Shown here piece after piece: positions 1-9,092 of a stretch of DNA of 64,000 bases. A program made the position numbers and the translations under genes. Where the stretch lies: positions 1 through 64,000 of the forward strand of contig OY762654.1 in assembly GCA_963666205.1 (NCBI GenBank), in the 5' to 3' direction. Under the pieces are notes generated by a model. It saw only the letters and a list, made by a program, of their open reading frames with translations, had not been told where the DNA came from and did no database searches. The DNA comes from Synergistales bacterium (GTDB lineage: Bacteria; Synergistota; Synergistia; Synergistales; JAFGMB01). The stretch's first letter is position 1; every line of letters starts with the position of its first letter.

Positions 1-621
1 TCCAGTAATATCAATCAACTATACCACCATGTTATGGATGACCGTTTTATTTATTCAGATAATGCTGGTCGGATTATCCATTGCCAAACCTTATTTATTA
101 TGGAGATGTACTATATTTTTCCCTCTAATTGATTTCAATCAGATAATACATATTTGAAGAAATTACACGAAACCATTTTTATTTTGTTGTTTTGAGGTAA
201 GACTTTTTAAAGCCCTTATGCAGAAGATTGTTATCTTTTAGGGAGCAGGAGTATCAATTTAACACTACTGCTCTGCATGAAGGAATTCATTCACAGAGAT
301 TGTGGTCATCGTTTGACAATTATCAATATTTAGGACATTATAGACAACGAAAATCGACAGAATCATTGCCAGGAGGGGGGAGGCATATGACATTATCTGT
401 TGGTGCAATACATTCCTTTCGGCTTATTCCTAGCGCATGGTTTTCCCTTTCATATTTTGCATCGTTTTCTGAATCTTACATTCCCATCTGGCTTTGGACG
501 TGTCCCCTTCCAAAGGGATGTCGCAAGCGCCCGCCTGCATGAAACCCTACTTCTATATTAATAATGTAGCTTATTTCTTCTTCATTAAGTTGTAATATTA
601 TAACTAAAAGGAGGCACGTGC

Positions 622-1767
622 ATGGACAGTAACCGTGTTGACGTGGCTGTCATTGGTGGTGGTGTGCATGGGTGTTCCACTGCTTATCACCTGGCTAAAA
701 AGGGATTCAAGACAGCTTTATTTGAAAGAGATTACATTTCTTCCGGATCAAGCGGAAGAAGCGCAGCCGGATTAAGATATCAGTTTGGAACCGAGGTAAA
801 TATTCTACTCGCTCAGTACAACATGAAATGCCTTAAAACATTGGGGGAGGATCTCAATTATCCGGGTGATCTGGAATATGATCCGGCCGGATACCTCTGG
901 ATAGCATATTCGGAATCTCAGTTAGACCAACTTGAGAAAAATGTTAAGCTGCAGAATGAACTTGGTACGAGAGGTTCCAGGGTTCTTACAGTAAAGGGAA
1001 TTCAAGAGGTTGCTCCTTTTCTGAACACTGAAGGAATGCTTGGCGCTAGTTTTAACCAGGAAGATGGTCATATAAATCCCCATACGCTATGTTTTGCCTA
1101 TGCAGATGCTGCAAAAGCCCTCGGAGTAGAGATCAACAAACATACCACAGTCACAGGACTTATTAGCAAAGGTGGACATGTAGCTGGAATTCATACTGAC
1201 AAGGGCGACTGGGAGGCAAATGCAGTGGTATGTTGTGCCGGAGCCTGGACTCAGAACATCGGACGGTGGGTAGACTTGGACATCCCTGTCATTCCTGAGC
1301 GACATCAGATCCTTATTACCGAACCGGTGGAGCGGATGAAACACCCCATGACCCTCTGTCTTGATGATGGAAGTTACTGGAAACAGTGCCCTAACGGAAC
1401 TTTTATGTTAGGAGTGGGCAGAGAAGAGATTAAAGATACTTCCTACTACGCAAGCTGGGATTATCTGGAAGCTGCTACAGAACGCATTCTTCCGAAGATG
1501 CCTATATTGAAACAGATCCGAGTTGTACGACAGTGGACAGGTCCTTATGGAAATACACCAGATTTCCAGGCTATTGTTGGAGCAACTCCTGTAGAAGGTT
1601 TCTATGTTGATTGTGGGTGGAGCGGTCATGGCCTTCAATTCGCTCCCTCGATCGGACGGATCATGGCAGAAATTGTGAATGGCGAAAAACCTTTTATCGA
1701 CGTTTCCATGTTCAGGTACAGTCGTTTCGAAGAAGGGGACCTTTTCTTCGAACCCGCTTGCATCTAG
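622..1767 (+). CDS. FAD-dependent amine/amino-acid oxidoreductase (sarcosine oxidase beta / dye-linked proline dehydrogenase beta family)
   Basis: N-terminal VIGGGVHG FAD motif, SSGRSAAG, C-terminal TPD..AIVG and GWSGHGLQFAP; RBS AAGGAGG upstream of the ATG. Confidence 0.88.
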   Translation: MDSNRVDVAVIGGGVHGCSTAYHLAKKGFKTALFERDYISSGSSGRSAAGLRYQFGTEVNILLAQYNMKCLKTLGEDLNYPGDLEYDPAGYLWIAYSESQLDQLEKNVKLQNELGTRGSRVLTVKGIQEVAPFLNTEGMLGASFNQEDGHINPHTLCFAYADAAKALGVEINKHTTVTGLISKGGHVAGIHTDKGDWEANAVVCCAGAWTQNIGRWVDLDIPVIPERHQILITEPVERMKHPMTLCLDDGSYWKQCPNGTFMLGVGREEIKDTSYYASWDYLEAATERILPKMPILKQIRVVRQWTGPYGNTPDFQAIVGATPVEGFYVDCGWSGHGLQFAPSIGRIMAEIVNGEKPFIDVSMFRYSRFEEGDLFFEPACI

Positions 1768-1779
1768 GAGGTGCAGATA

Positions 1780-2121
1780 ATGTCTATTAAACTCATCAAG
1801 GATCATCCTATCCTTGATTTTCGTCATGAAGAGAAAAAAATGGTAACTTTCACCTTTGATGACAAGGAAATGAAAGGATTCGAAGATGATCCTATCGCTG
1901 CGGCCCTTCACGCTAATGGCATTCAGGTCTATCGAATTACACCTAAAACAGAACGTCCTCGGGGCTTCTTCTGCGCCATAGGGAAGTGTTCATCCTGTTT
2001 CATGATCGTTGATGGCGTCCCTAACGTGCGTACATGTGTCACACCCCTTAAGGCCGGAATGAAGGTTGAAACCCAGAAGGGCAGGGGTGTCCTTAGGTCG
2101 GTGGAAGGAGGGGACCGTTAA
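1780..2121 (+). CDS. (2Fe-2S)-binding subunit (sarcosine oxidase alpha N-terminal / HcnA-like)
   Basis: RGFFCAIGKCSSC...VRTC motif; start moved to ATG 1780 behind RBS AGGAGGTG. Confidence 0.85.
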   Translation: MSIKLIKDHPILDFRHEEKKMVTFTFDDKEMKGFEDDPIAAALHANGIQVYRITPKTERPRGFFCAIGKCSSCFMIVDGVPNVRTCVTPLKAGMKVETQKGRGVLRSVEGGDR

Positions 2122-2123
2122 CT

Positions 2124-3227
2124 ATGCAGACTACAGAGGTACTTGTTATCGGAGGTGGACCTGCTGGACTTTCTGCGGCTCTTGAAGCAGCTTCGCATGG
2201 TGCAGATGTTACTGTTCTGGACAGCGACCTGAAGCTTGGTGGCCAACTTATAAAGCAGACCCATAAGTTCTTCGGTTCCAAAGCAGAATATGCGGGTACT
2301 CGCGGATTTGAGATCGCTAATTTTCTGTTTGATGAAATTGAGAAGTATAAGACCCTGGGCAAATTGAAGGTCTTTACTAATACTACAGCTACCGGGTATT
2401 ACAAAGAGGACGGCGTAGTGAGCTACATGGTGGGCGAGGAGAAGTACGAACGTATCAAGCCGAAGAAACTTGTTTTAGCTACTGGAGCCCAGGAACGCCT
2501 TATCCCTTTTGTGAACAATGATATGCCAGGTGTCTATGGAGCAGGTGCTATTCAGACACTTATGAATGTTTACGGCATAGTCCCGGGAGAGAAAGTGCTC
2601 ATGATCGGAGCTGGAAATATAGGTCTTATAGTGAGTTATCAACTAATGCAGGCCGGTATCAAGATCGCCGGGATTGTTGAAGCTATGCCCAGGATAGGAG
2701 GTTACTGGGTCCATGCAGCCAAGATCCGTCGTCTTGGAGTACCCATCTACCTGAAGCACACGATCAGGGAGGCCCTTGGAAATACTGTAGTGGAGGGGGC
2801 CCTGATCCAGGAGGTCGATGACCGTTTCCAGCCTTTGGGTGATCCCCGGCACATTGAGTGTGATACCATTTGTCTTGCAGTGGGACTTACCCCTACATGT
2901 GAACTCCTGTGGTCGGCTGGATGTGAAATGAAGTTTGTCCCCCAGCTTTGCGGGTACGTAGCAAGGAGGGATCCCATGATGCGTACTTCCCATCCAGATA
3001 TCTGGGTCGCTGGAGATGCGGCCGGGATTGAAGAAGCCTCTGCTGCGATGGTCGAAGGTCGCATAGCCGGTCTTAGTGCTACAGCTTCACTGAATTATCT
3101 ATCCCAGGAAACTTTCTATGATCGATCTGCGGAGTATCACAAGCGCCTTGAGAGTCTCAGGGCAGGAGAAGTAGGCGAAAAGATCAGGAGCGGACTTTGC
3201 TGTGTCTGCTGTGAACACTGGGGGTAG
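2124..3227 (+). CDS. NAD(P)/FAD-dependent oxidoreductase (proline dehydrogenase alpha / HcnB-like subunit)
   Basis: VIGGGPAG, LGGQL, ATGAQER, IGAGNIG and AGDAAG motifs. Confidence 0.85.
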   Translation: MQTTEVLVIGGGPAGLSAALEAASHGADVTVLDSDLKLGGQLIKQTHKFFGSKAEYAGTRGFEIANFLFDEIEKYKTLGKLKVFTNTTATGYYKEDGVVSYMVGEEKYERIKPKKLVLATGAQERLIPFVNNDMPGVYGAGAIQTLMNVYGIVPGEKVLMIGAGNIGLIVSYQLMQAGIKIAGIVEAMPRIGGYWVHAAKIRRLGVPIYLKHTIREALGNTVVEGALIQEVDDRFQPLGDPRHIECDTICLAVGLTPTCELLWSAGCEMKFVPQLCGYVARRDPMMRTSHPDIWVAGDAAGIEEASAAMVEGRIAGLSATASLNYLSQETFYDRSAEYHKRLESLRAGEVGEKIRSGLCCVCCEHWG

Positions 3228-3233
3228 ACTAAA

Positions 3234-3746
3234 ATGACCGATGTGGAAAAACTCTTTAACAGCGGTGTACTCACAGTTGAACGTATAGAGACAGTTAAAC
3301 CGCCAAAGGATCTCTGGGAGATAAAGAGAAATGGCCTTGTAATAATAGAATGCCCCCAGCGTATCCCTTGCAATCCATGCTATGAAAGCTGTCCCACTGG
3401 AGCGATACTTCCTTTTGAAGATATCAATGATATTCCTCTCGTTGATTACACCAAATGCATTGGTTGCGGACGATGTGTAGCGAAGTGTCCTGGCCTTGCA
3501 TGTTTTGTGGCAGACCTGACCTGGGGTACCGAGAATCAAGCTCTGATGAAGCTTCCCTACGAAATGTTGCCAAAACCTGAGCCTGGAGATGACGTGGTCT
3601 GCCTTGACCGGGTTGGTAGTGAGGTTTCACAGGGCAAGGTTATTAATATCACCGAGCCATGGGAAGACAGCACTATGGTTGTCCATGTTGTTGTTCCGAA
3701 GGATAGGGTCATGGATATCCGGAATATAAAGGTGGTGAAAAAATAA
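3234..3746 (+). CDS. 2x[4Fe-4S] ferredoxin-like subunit
   Basis: CPQRIPCNPCYESCP and CIGCGRCVAKCP. Confidence 0.85.
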   Translation: MTDVEKLFNSGVLTVERIETVKPPKDLWEIKRNGLVIIECPQRIPCNPCYESCPTGAILPFEDINDIPLVDYTKCIGCGRCVAKCPGLACFVADLTWGTENQALMKLPYEMLPKPEPGDDVVCLDRVGSEVSQGKVINITEPWEDSTMVVHVVVPKDRVMDIRNIKVVKK

Positions 3747-4027
3747 TGCCCGATAAAGATAATGACATAGTTGTTTGCCGATGCGAGGAGATAACTCTGG
3801 GTGAAATCAGGGAATGGATCGGACGTGGATATGATAGCCTTGAAGAATTAAAGCGTGTTATACGTGTTGGAATGGGTCCATGCCAGGGCAGGGGCTGTCG
3901 CGATATTATCATTCGGGAAATATGTAAAATGACGGGTAAATCTTACGAAGAAGTTGCTCCTGGTACCTTCCGACCACCATCCAAGCCGGTTAAGCTTGGA
4001 TTAATTAAGTCTGGAGAGGTGGAATAA
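3746..4027 (+). CDS. BFD-like (2Fe-2S)-binding subunit
   Basis: VCRCEE...GMGPCQGRGC...RPP; TAATG overlap with the upstream gene. Confidence 0.85.
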   Translation: MPDKDNDIVVCRCEEITLGEIREWIGRGYDSLEELKRVIRVGMGPCQGRGCRDIIIREICKMTGKSYEEVAPGTFRPPSKPVKLGLIKSGEVE

Positions 4028-4040
4028 CGGATTAAATCTC

Positions 4041-4081
4041 CCGAAAGCCCCCGCATCGCATGAATGCGGGGGCTTTCGGTT
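4041..4081 (+). terminator. Stem-loop terminator after the five-gene oxidoreductase operon
   Basis: 16-bp perfect stem CCGAAAGCCCCCGCAT/ATGCGGGGGCTTTCGG with 7-nt loop; only a short T tail. Confidence 0.75.
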
Positions 4082-4331
4082 GAACAGTAAGAAAAGTTCT
4101 CAATCTGGACTTTCCTGAATTATTTGTTCCTATCTTCCATCATTATATTTAATTGATATCATGGATTTTAAGCCTCATGTTCTTTACGAAGTCTGAAACT
4201 TCTTTTCACTGCAAAAAACTCAACAGCAAGAACTAGTTTGTAGAATGTATAGTATTATGGCACTAATAAAAAGGGAAAGGAAAAGACTTAAGGTTTATTT
4301 ATAATGGTTGATAAGGAGGGATAAAGGGGTA

Positions 4332-5489
4332 ATGAAAAATATCTTCAGGAAGATCTTTGTTTCCTCCATTTTCTTGTCGTTTTTTACGTGCACTGTTTTT
4401 TCAGCGGATATGCCCATAATAATAGGACTTCAGGGTCCTCTAACCGGTCCTTGGGAATATGAAGGTCAAATGGCCCAGAGGTCCTGTGAAACTGCTGCTA
4501 AACTGATTAACGAAAATGGGGGTATCCTCGGTGGGAGGCTAATAGAGGTGCATGTTGTAGATGATATGGGTCACCCTGAGGGAGGATCGCTTGCCGCCAC
4601 AAGGCTTGTCTCGCTTAAGAATATTGTGGGTGTTGTATCCACCTATGGTTCCTCTGTGTGTGAGTCTGCTTCTGAAATCTATGAAAAGAGAAAAATTGTA
4701 AACATTGGTTATGGTGCAACGGCAGTAGGTCTTACACGGAGAGGTTTTAAATACTTTTTCAGAATATGTGGAGTTGATAGTTCCCAGGGAATATTCTTTG
4801 CACAATATGTACCAAGAATCTTTGGAGCTGAAAGAATTGCAATAATGCATGATAATACTCCATTTGCCCTTGGTGTTGCAGAAGAGACCAAAAAGGCATT
4901 CCAGACTATGATCGATATGGGGAAAGTGGAAATAGTCTACTATGAGGCCATAACTCCTGGCGAAAAGGATTATATACTACCTTTAACCAGAGTTAAAGAA
5001 ACTGAACCTGATATTCTCTATTTTACCGGATATTATGCGGAAGCAGCTATTATTGCTGTCCAGGCAAGAGAGTTAGGAATTGGCTGTCCCTTTGTGGGAG
5101 GAAACGCCGCAATTAATGATGAATTTGTAAGAATGGCAGGTCTGGATATAGCCAAAGGGTGTTTTATGACACAGGAGCCGATGCCTGCGGAGCTTCCCTA
5201 TCATAAATCCAGACAATTCCTTGATGCCTATAAAACAGAATATGGAGAAGTTCCTTCAAGTCCCTGGCCTGTATATGCTGCCGACGCTCTTTATATTCTC
5301 GCTTATGCTGTTGATAAAGTTGGAAGTGCCGATTCTGCAGCAATAGCAGAATATCTTCGAAATGAAGTCAATGGTGTTTCCGGTGTCACCGGTTCAATAG
5401 GTTTTACGGAGAATGGAGATAGAGAAGGAGTCCCATACCTTATGTATGTTATAAATGACCATGGAGGTTTCGATGTATATAAACCCTGA
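4332..5489 (+). CDS. Branched-chain amino acid ABC transporter substrate-binding protein (LivJ/LivK family), orphan
   Basis: Signal-peptide-like N-terminus, IGLQGPLTG, INENGGILGGR, YFFR, GVTGSIGF..NGDR; start set to ATG 4332 after AAGGGG. Confidence 0.85.
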   Translation: MKNIFRKIFVSSIFLSFFTCTVFSADMPIIIGLQGPLTGPWEYEGQMAQRSCETAAKLINENGGILGGRLIEVHVVDDMGHPEGGSLAATRLVSLKNIVGVVSTYGSSVCESASEIYEKRKIVNIGYGATAVGLTRRGFKYFFRICGVDSSQGIFFAQYVPRIFGAERIAIMHDNTPFALGVAEETKKAFQTMIDMGKVEIVYYEAITPGEKDYILPLTRVKETEPDILYFTGYYAEAAIIAVQARELGIGCPFVGGNAAINDEFVRMAGLDIAKGCFMTQEPMPAELPYHKSRQFLDAYKTEYGEVPSSPWPVYAADALYILAYAVDKVGSADSAAIAEYLRNEVNGVSGVTGSIGFTENGDREGVPYLMYVINDHGGFDVYKP

Positions 5490-6207
5490 ATACCTAAACT
5501 TTCATTTAGGGGAAAATATTCTGTAGCTTAACCTTTTCTAACAACTCATCGTTCACCGATGTTATATAAGGGCAGATCTCTTCTGATTTCTGTAACCTTC
5601 TAAAATACAGATAGAATAAGTTAAGTATAGGTCAGAGATTCAATGAATCGCAGTAAATTCTCAAAGCATGATAAGTTTTCCAGATGAGTGACAAACAAAC
5701 CTGTCAACATGCCCACCAGTCTTTCCGGGTGGACATAAGGATATTTACAATAAGGTTCTTTCATGATTTGCTTTGACCTTTTGTTTCTTCAATAAACCAA
5801 CAAATTATTATTCAATGTCAGTCGCGTCAGAACTTCCTATCTGTCTGTATTCTGGTGGTAGACTATTTATTTATATCCATCCATGAAGTTCCAACCCCGA
5901 TTGGGTTATGGTGCGAAAGTTTTATTTCTGATTTTCTGTTCAAAATACTAGTTTTCTGTTTACTCCAAATCTCAAGGTTTTGCCTGACCATTCGTCTGAA
6001 TTCCCGAGATATTGCAGGAGACATCGATTTCCCCCGATTGCGTAATTGTATTTTCATTGTAATGGATGTTTGCTGGTAATACTATGTTAAAGGTCTGTAG
6101 AGGGTCGTCTTTCCAGGCCTGTGACATCGGGAATCGGCCATTTTGTGCAGATATATGGATTGTCGAGTCGGAATACAAAATATTACTCACTGTCGTATTA
6201 TATGAGG

Positions 6208-6263
6208 TAAAAAGGGAAAAACAGATCCCCCTTGATCAAGGGGGATCTGTTTTTCCCTTTTTA
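6208..6263. terminator. 56-bp perfect palindrome, probable terminator of the AOR operon (possibly bidirectional)
   Basis: TAAAAAGGGAAAAACAGATCCCCCTTGA followed directly by its exact reverse complement; overlaps the AOR stop codon. Confidence 0.8.
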
Positions 6264-8435
6264 GTCGATGAATCTATCCTCAGGTCTGGCTTTTTTCTTA
6301 ACTATATCAACCAGTTCCGGAAGGTCCATGCCTATTTCCCGGAGCTTTTCAAGAGTAGGTATTCCGTTTCTATCCCATCCTCTTTTGTTGTATACAACGT
6401 CAACAAGTTTTTCCCACTGTTTTTCCCGGGCAGATCTTAAAACAGCTATCTTTTCCTCCACAGAAAGTCCTTCTGGTTCAGTTCCAGTTTCTCGGAGTTC
6501 ATTATCATAATATTCAGATCTTGCTTCCCATTCATCCGGATATACTGGACCCATTGCCCTGTAAGGTATGTTATGGAATCCTCTAGTTCCTTTCCCAAGT
6601 CTGATCTGGAACAGGTGCTGGAAATTATAGACTCTTTCAGACATGAGTATTAACTCTTGTTTGTCGATATTCCTACCGGTAACAGCATTGAATATATCAA
6701 TATAATTCTGAACATGTTCAGGAACTTTTGCTGCTTCCTGAGGTGGATACTTGGTCATATTATCCGCAGGTTCGACGTCATTCCACGGAAGCTTACAGCC
6801 TCCCACCAGGGAGAACCAGGTTCTGAAAAGAGGGAAATAGTGAAGAGCTTCTGCCTTATCTTCGAAAGTGGGCAATTGTTTGTTAACCCTGTCCATAAAT
6901 ATCAGCCAGGCTTCATCATGCTGTGGTCCCTTCAGGGTCAGGAAGAATCCCCCCCACTGGGCAACTGATTCTTTGCAGACATACTCTGAAACCTCGACTC
7001 CCTGTCCTTCCATTCCAATATCACGCAGGTTATCGGCAGGAGCCCCGTATTTATTTTCAAAAACTCTTTTCATCTCTCTTATGCCTTTACTTACTTCATT
7101 GGCAAAGACATCTTTGCCTCCAGCCATTCGATGGATCAGTTCCATCAGGTCATTCATCATACCAAAATTAAGATCAAGTCCATTGGTTATATCTTTATTA
7201 AGAAAACCTTTTTCATAGCATTCACAGACGAAAGCTAAACCTGTACCAAGGGAAATGGTATCGAAGCCATAATGATCAGCGTAAAAATTTGCCTCAATGG
7301 TCCAGCCAGGGTCCATTATCCCGATATTTGGTCCAAGACTTGTGCTCGTTTCGTACTCAGGTCCATCTACGGTAACTATCTGACCGCGGCAGGGTCCAGT
7401 TTTTATCTCGAAATTGTCCACGCCCTTGGAACATGCCATTGAACATCCGTACCAGCATCCATCAGGTATTCCCTGGGTGAAGATCTCTTCATAAACATTC
7501 GAATGAATATTTGCTATATCTTTATGTTGGCCAAATTTAAAATTATGAGTAGGAAGGAGGTGATAATCATTCATGATTTCGTTAAGATGTGCTGTTCCAA
7601 CAGTCCGCATTCTCGCCTGTTTGGCATCGAGATCACAAATCTCCTTGTGGAGTTTGAGTCCTACCTGCTGCAAAATGCCATAATCTTTAACTCCTTGTTT
7701 TATTTCTGACCAATCTCGATTTCGAACCACCAGTGCAACGATCTTTTTATCCCTGAGAATGGTCCCACCGCCACCTCTTCCTGCCTGCTTCAATCTGGGT
7801 GTTTTCCTTCTAAGGTCATAAAAACTGGAGTTAAGACAGCCCCAGTAAGTATGTTCAGCAGCCTGGCCTGTAGACACAACCGAAATTGAACGTTTATCTT
7901 CTTCGCTTTTGGAAAAATGATCATGAAGGGCTTCAGTTACAGTATAGCTATTTATATCTTTGAAATCAGATTCAAGAAACTGAACTTTTCCGCTATCGCC
8001 ATCAATGAATATGATAATATTCTGATCTGATTTTCCCTGTATTTCCAAGGCATCCCATCCGGCAAACTTAAGAAGGGGGCCAAAATGTCCTCCAGCATTA
8101 CTGTCATAGGTCTGACCAGAAAGTGGAGAAATAAAAACCGCGTAAAATTTCCCCAATCCTGGATATTGTGTTATTCCACACAGGGGACCTCCTGAGATAA
8201 TTATCTCGTTCTCTGCGTCATCCCATCTGGTATTATCGTTTACAGCATCCCAGAGTAGCTTTAGTCCAAAACCTCTTCCCCCCGTAAATCTTTCCTTCAT
8301 CTCTTCGGTGACTTCTTTTTCAATACACTCATGGTTTTCTACGTTGATATAAAGAGTTTTACCCGTATAGCCTCTGAAAGGTATGGATTTTTCATATTTC
8401 CATTCTGAAAGAACTTTCATTTCCATTTCAGCCAT
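6261..8435 (-). CDS. Tungsten-dependent aldehyde:ferredoxin oxidoreductase (AOR/WOR family), long 724-aa form
   Basis: TGGRG, DSNAGG, AGRGGGG, CWYGCSMAC, GPEYET, D.YG.DTIS, C-terminal YNKRGWDRNGIPT. Confidence 0.9.
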   Translation of the reverse strand: MAEMEMKVLSEWKYEKSIPFRGYTGKTLYINVENHECIEKEVTEEMKERFTGGRGFGLKLLWDAVNDNTRWDDAENEIIISGGPLCGITQYPGLGKFYAVFISPLSGQTYDSNAGGHFGPLLKFAGWDALEIQGKSDQNIIIFIDGDSGKVQFLESDFKDINSYTVTEALHDHFSKSEEDKRSISVVSTGQAAEHTYWGCLNSSFYDLRRKTPRLKQAGRGGGGTILRDKKIVALVVRNRDWSEIKQGVKDYGILQQVGLKLHKEICDLDAKQARMRTVGTAHLNEIMNDYHLLPTHNFKFGQHKDIANIHSNVYEEIFTQGIPDGCWYGCSMACSKGVDNFEIKTGPCRGQIVTVDGPEYETSTSLGPNIGIMDPGWTIEANFYADHYGFDTISLGTGLAFVCECYEKGFLNKDITNGLDLNFGMMNDLMELIHRMAGGKDVFANEVSKGIREMKRVFENKYGAPADNLRDIGMEGQGVEVSEYVCKESVAQWGGFFLTLKGPQHDEAWLIFMDRVNKQLPTFEDKAEALHYFPLFRTWFSLVGGCKLPWNDVEPADNMTKYPPQEAAKVPEHVQNYIDIFNAVTGRNIDKQELILMSERVYNFQHLFQIRLGKGTRGFHNIPYRAMGPVYPDEWEARSEYYDNELRETGTEPEGLSVEEKIAVLRSAREKQWEKLVDVVYNKRGWDRNGIPTLEKLREIGMDLPELVDIVKKKARPEDRFID

Positions 8436-8466
8436 TTTAATACCCCCCGTTAAACAAAGATTTACT

Positions 8467-8853
8467 CTATTCTTCCACTATCTCCAGAGCCTGTGTAGGA
8501 CATCTTTTTGTGCAGGCCCCACAGGCAATACATTTGAAAGGTTCAACGCCCTTTATGGAATTAAAGAAAAGACTTGATGTCGGGCAAAAACCGACACACA
8601 TCATACAGCCTACGCATTTTTCCTTATCAAGCCGAACAATTCCCTTTGCATCCCTTGCCAAGGCCCCTACAGGACATATATCAATGCACTTGCCACACTG
8701 GTTGCACGCGTTGAGAGTAAAACCTTCTTCACTTTTTGACACTCTGATCCTTGACAGAATTTCTGATTTTTCTCTGAACCATAACTCTGAACATGTTTCC
8801 ATACATTGTTCACAACCAATACATCTCTCCGGATATGTCTTCAACCACTTCAA
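8467..8853 (-). CDS. Polyferredoxin (4x[4Fe-4S]) partner subunit of AOR
   Basis: Four CxxCxxCxxxC motifs; probable TTG start at 8853 behind a GGGGGG RBS (ORF track extends to 8868). Confidence 0.85.
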   Translation of the reverse strand: MKWLKTYPERCIGCEQCMETCSELWFREKSEILSRIRVSKSEEGFTLNACNQCGKCIDICPVGALARDAKGIVRLDKEKCVGCMMCVGFCPTSSLFFNSIKGVEPFKCIACGACTKRCPTQALEIVEE

Positions 8854-9092
8854 CTGAAAGCCCCCCATTCATCTCATGGTTTTTAAAAAACTGGAATACA
8901 ATAACTATCTCTAACATCCTAGTTAATATACATGAAAGCAATTGTCTTTTCCACAAAATAAGAACACAACTGCCCCATATCCTTAATGCCGGAAGTCGGG
9001 GAAATATTCCTATTGCCTCTATATCGTACAAAGAGTAAAATGGTCTTGTAGAATAATACAGTTTATTATCTAATAAGACAAGGAGTCTTGTA

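Noticed and set aside
480-545. c-di-GMP-I riboswitch-like hairpin on the minus strand
   Set aside because: The resemblance is only partial (..CAAAGCC). The GGCAAA/GAAA tetraloop architecture is not matched, and there is no downstream gene in that orientation nearby.
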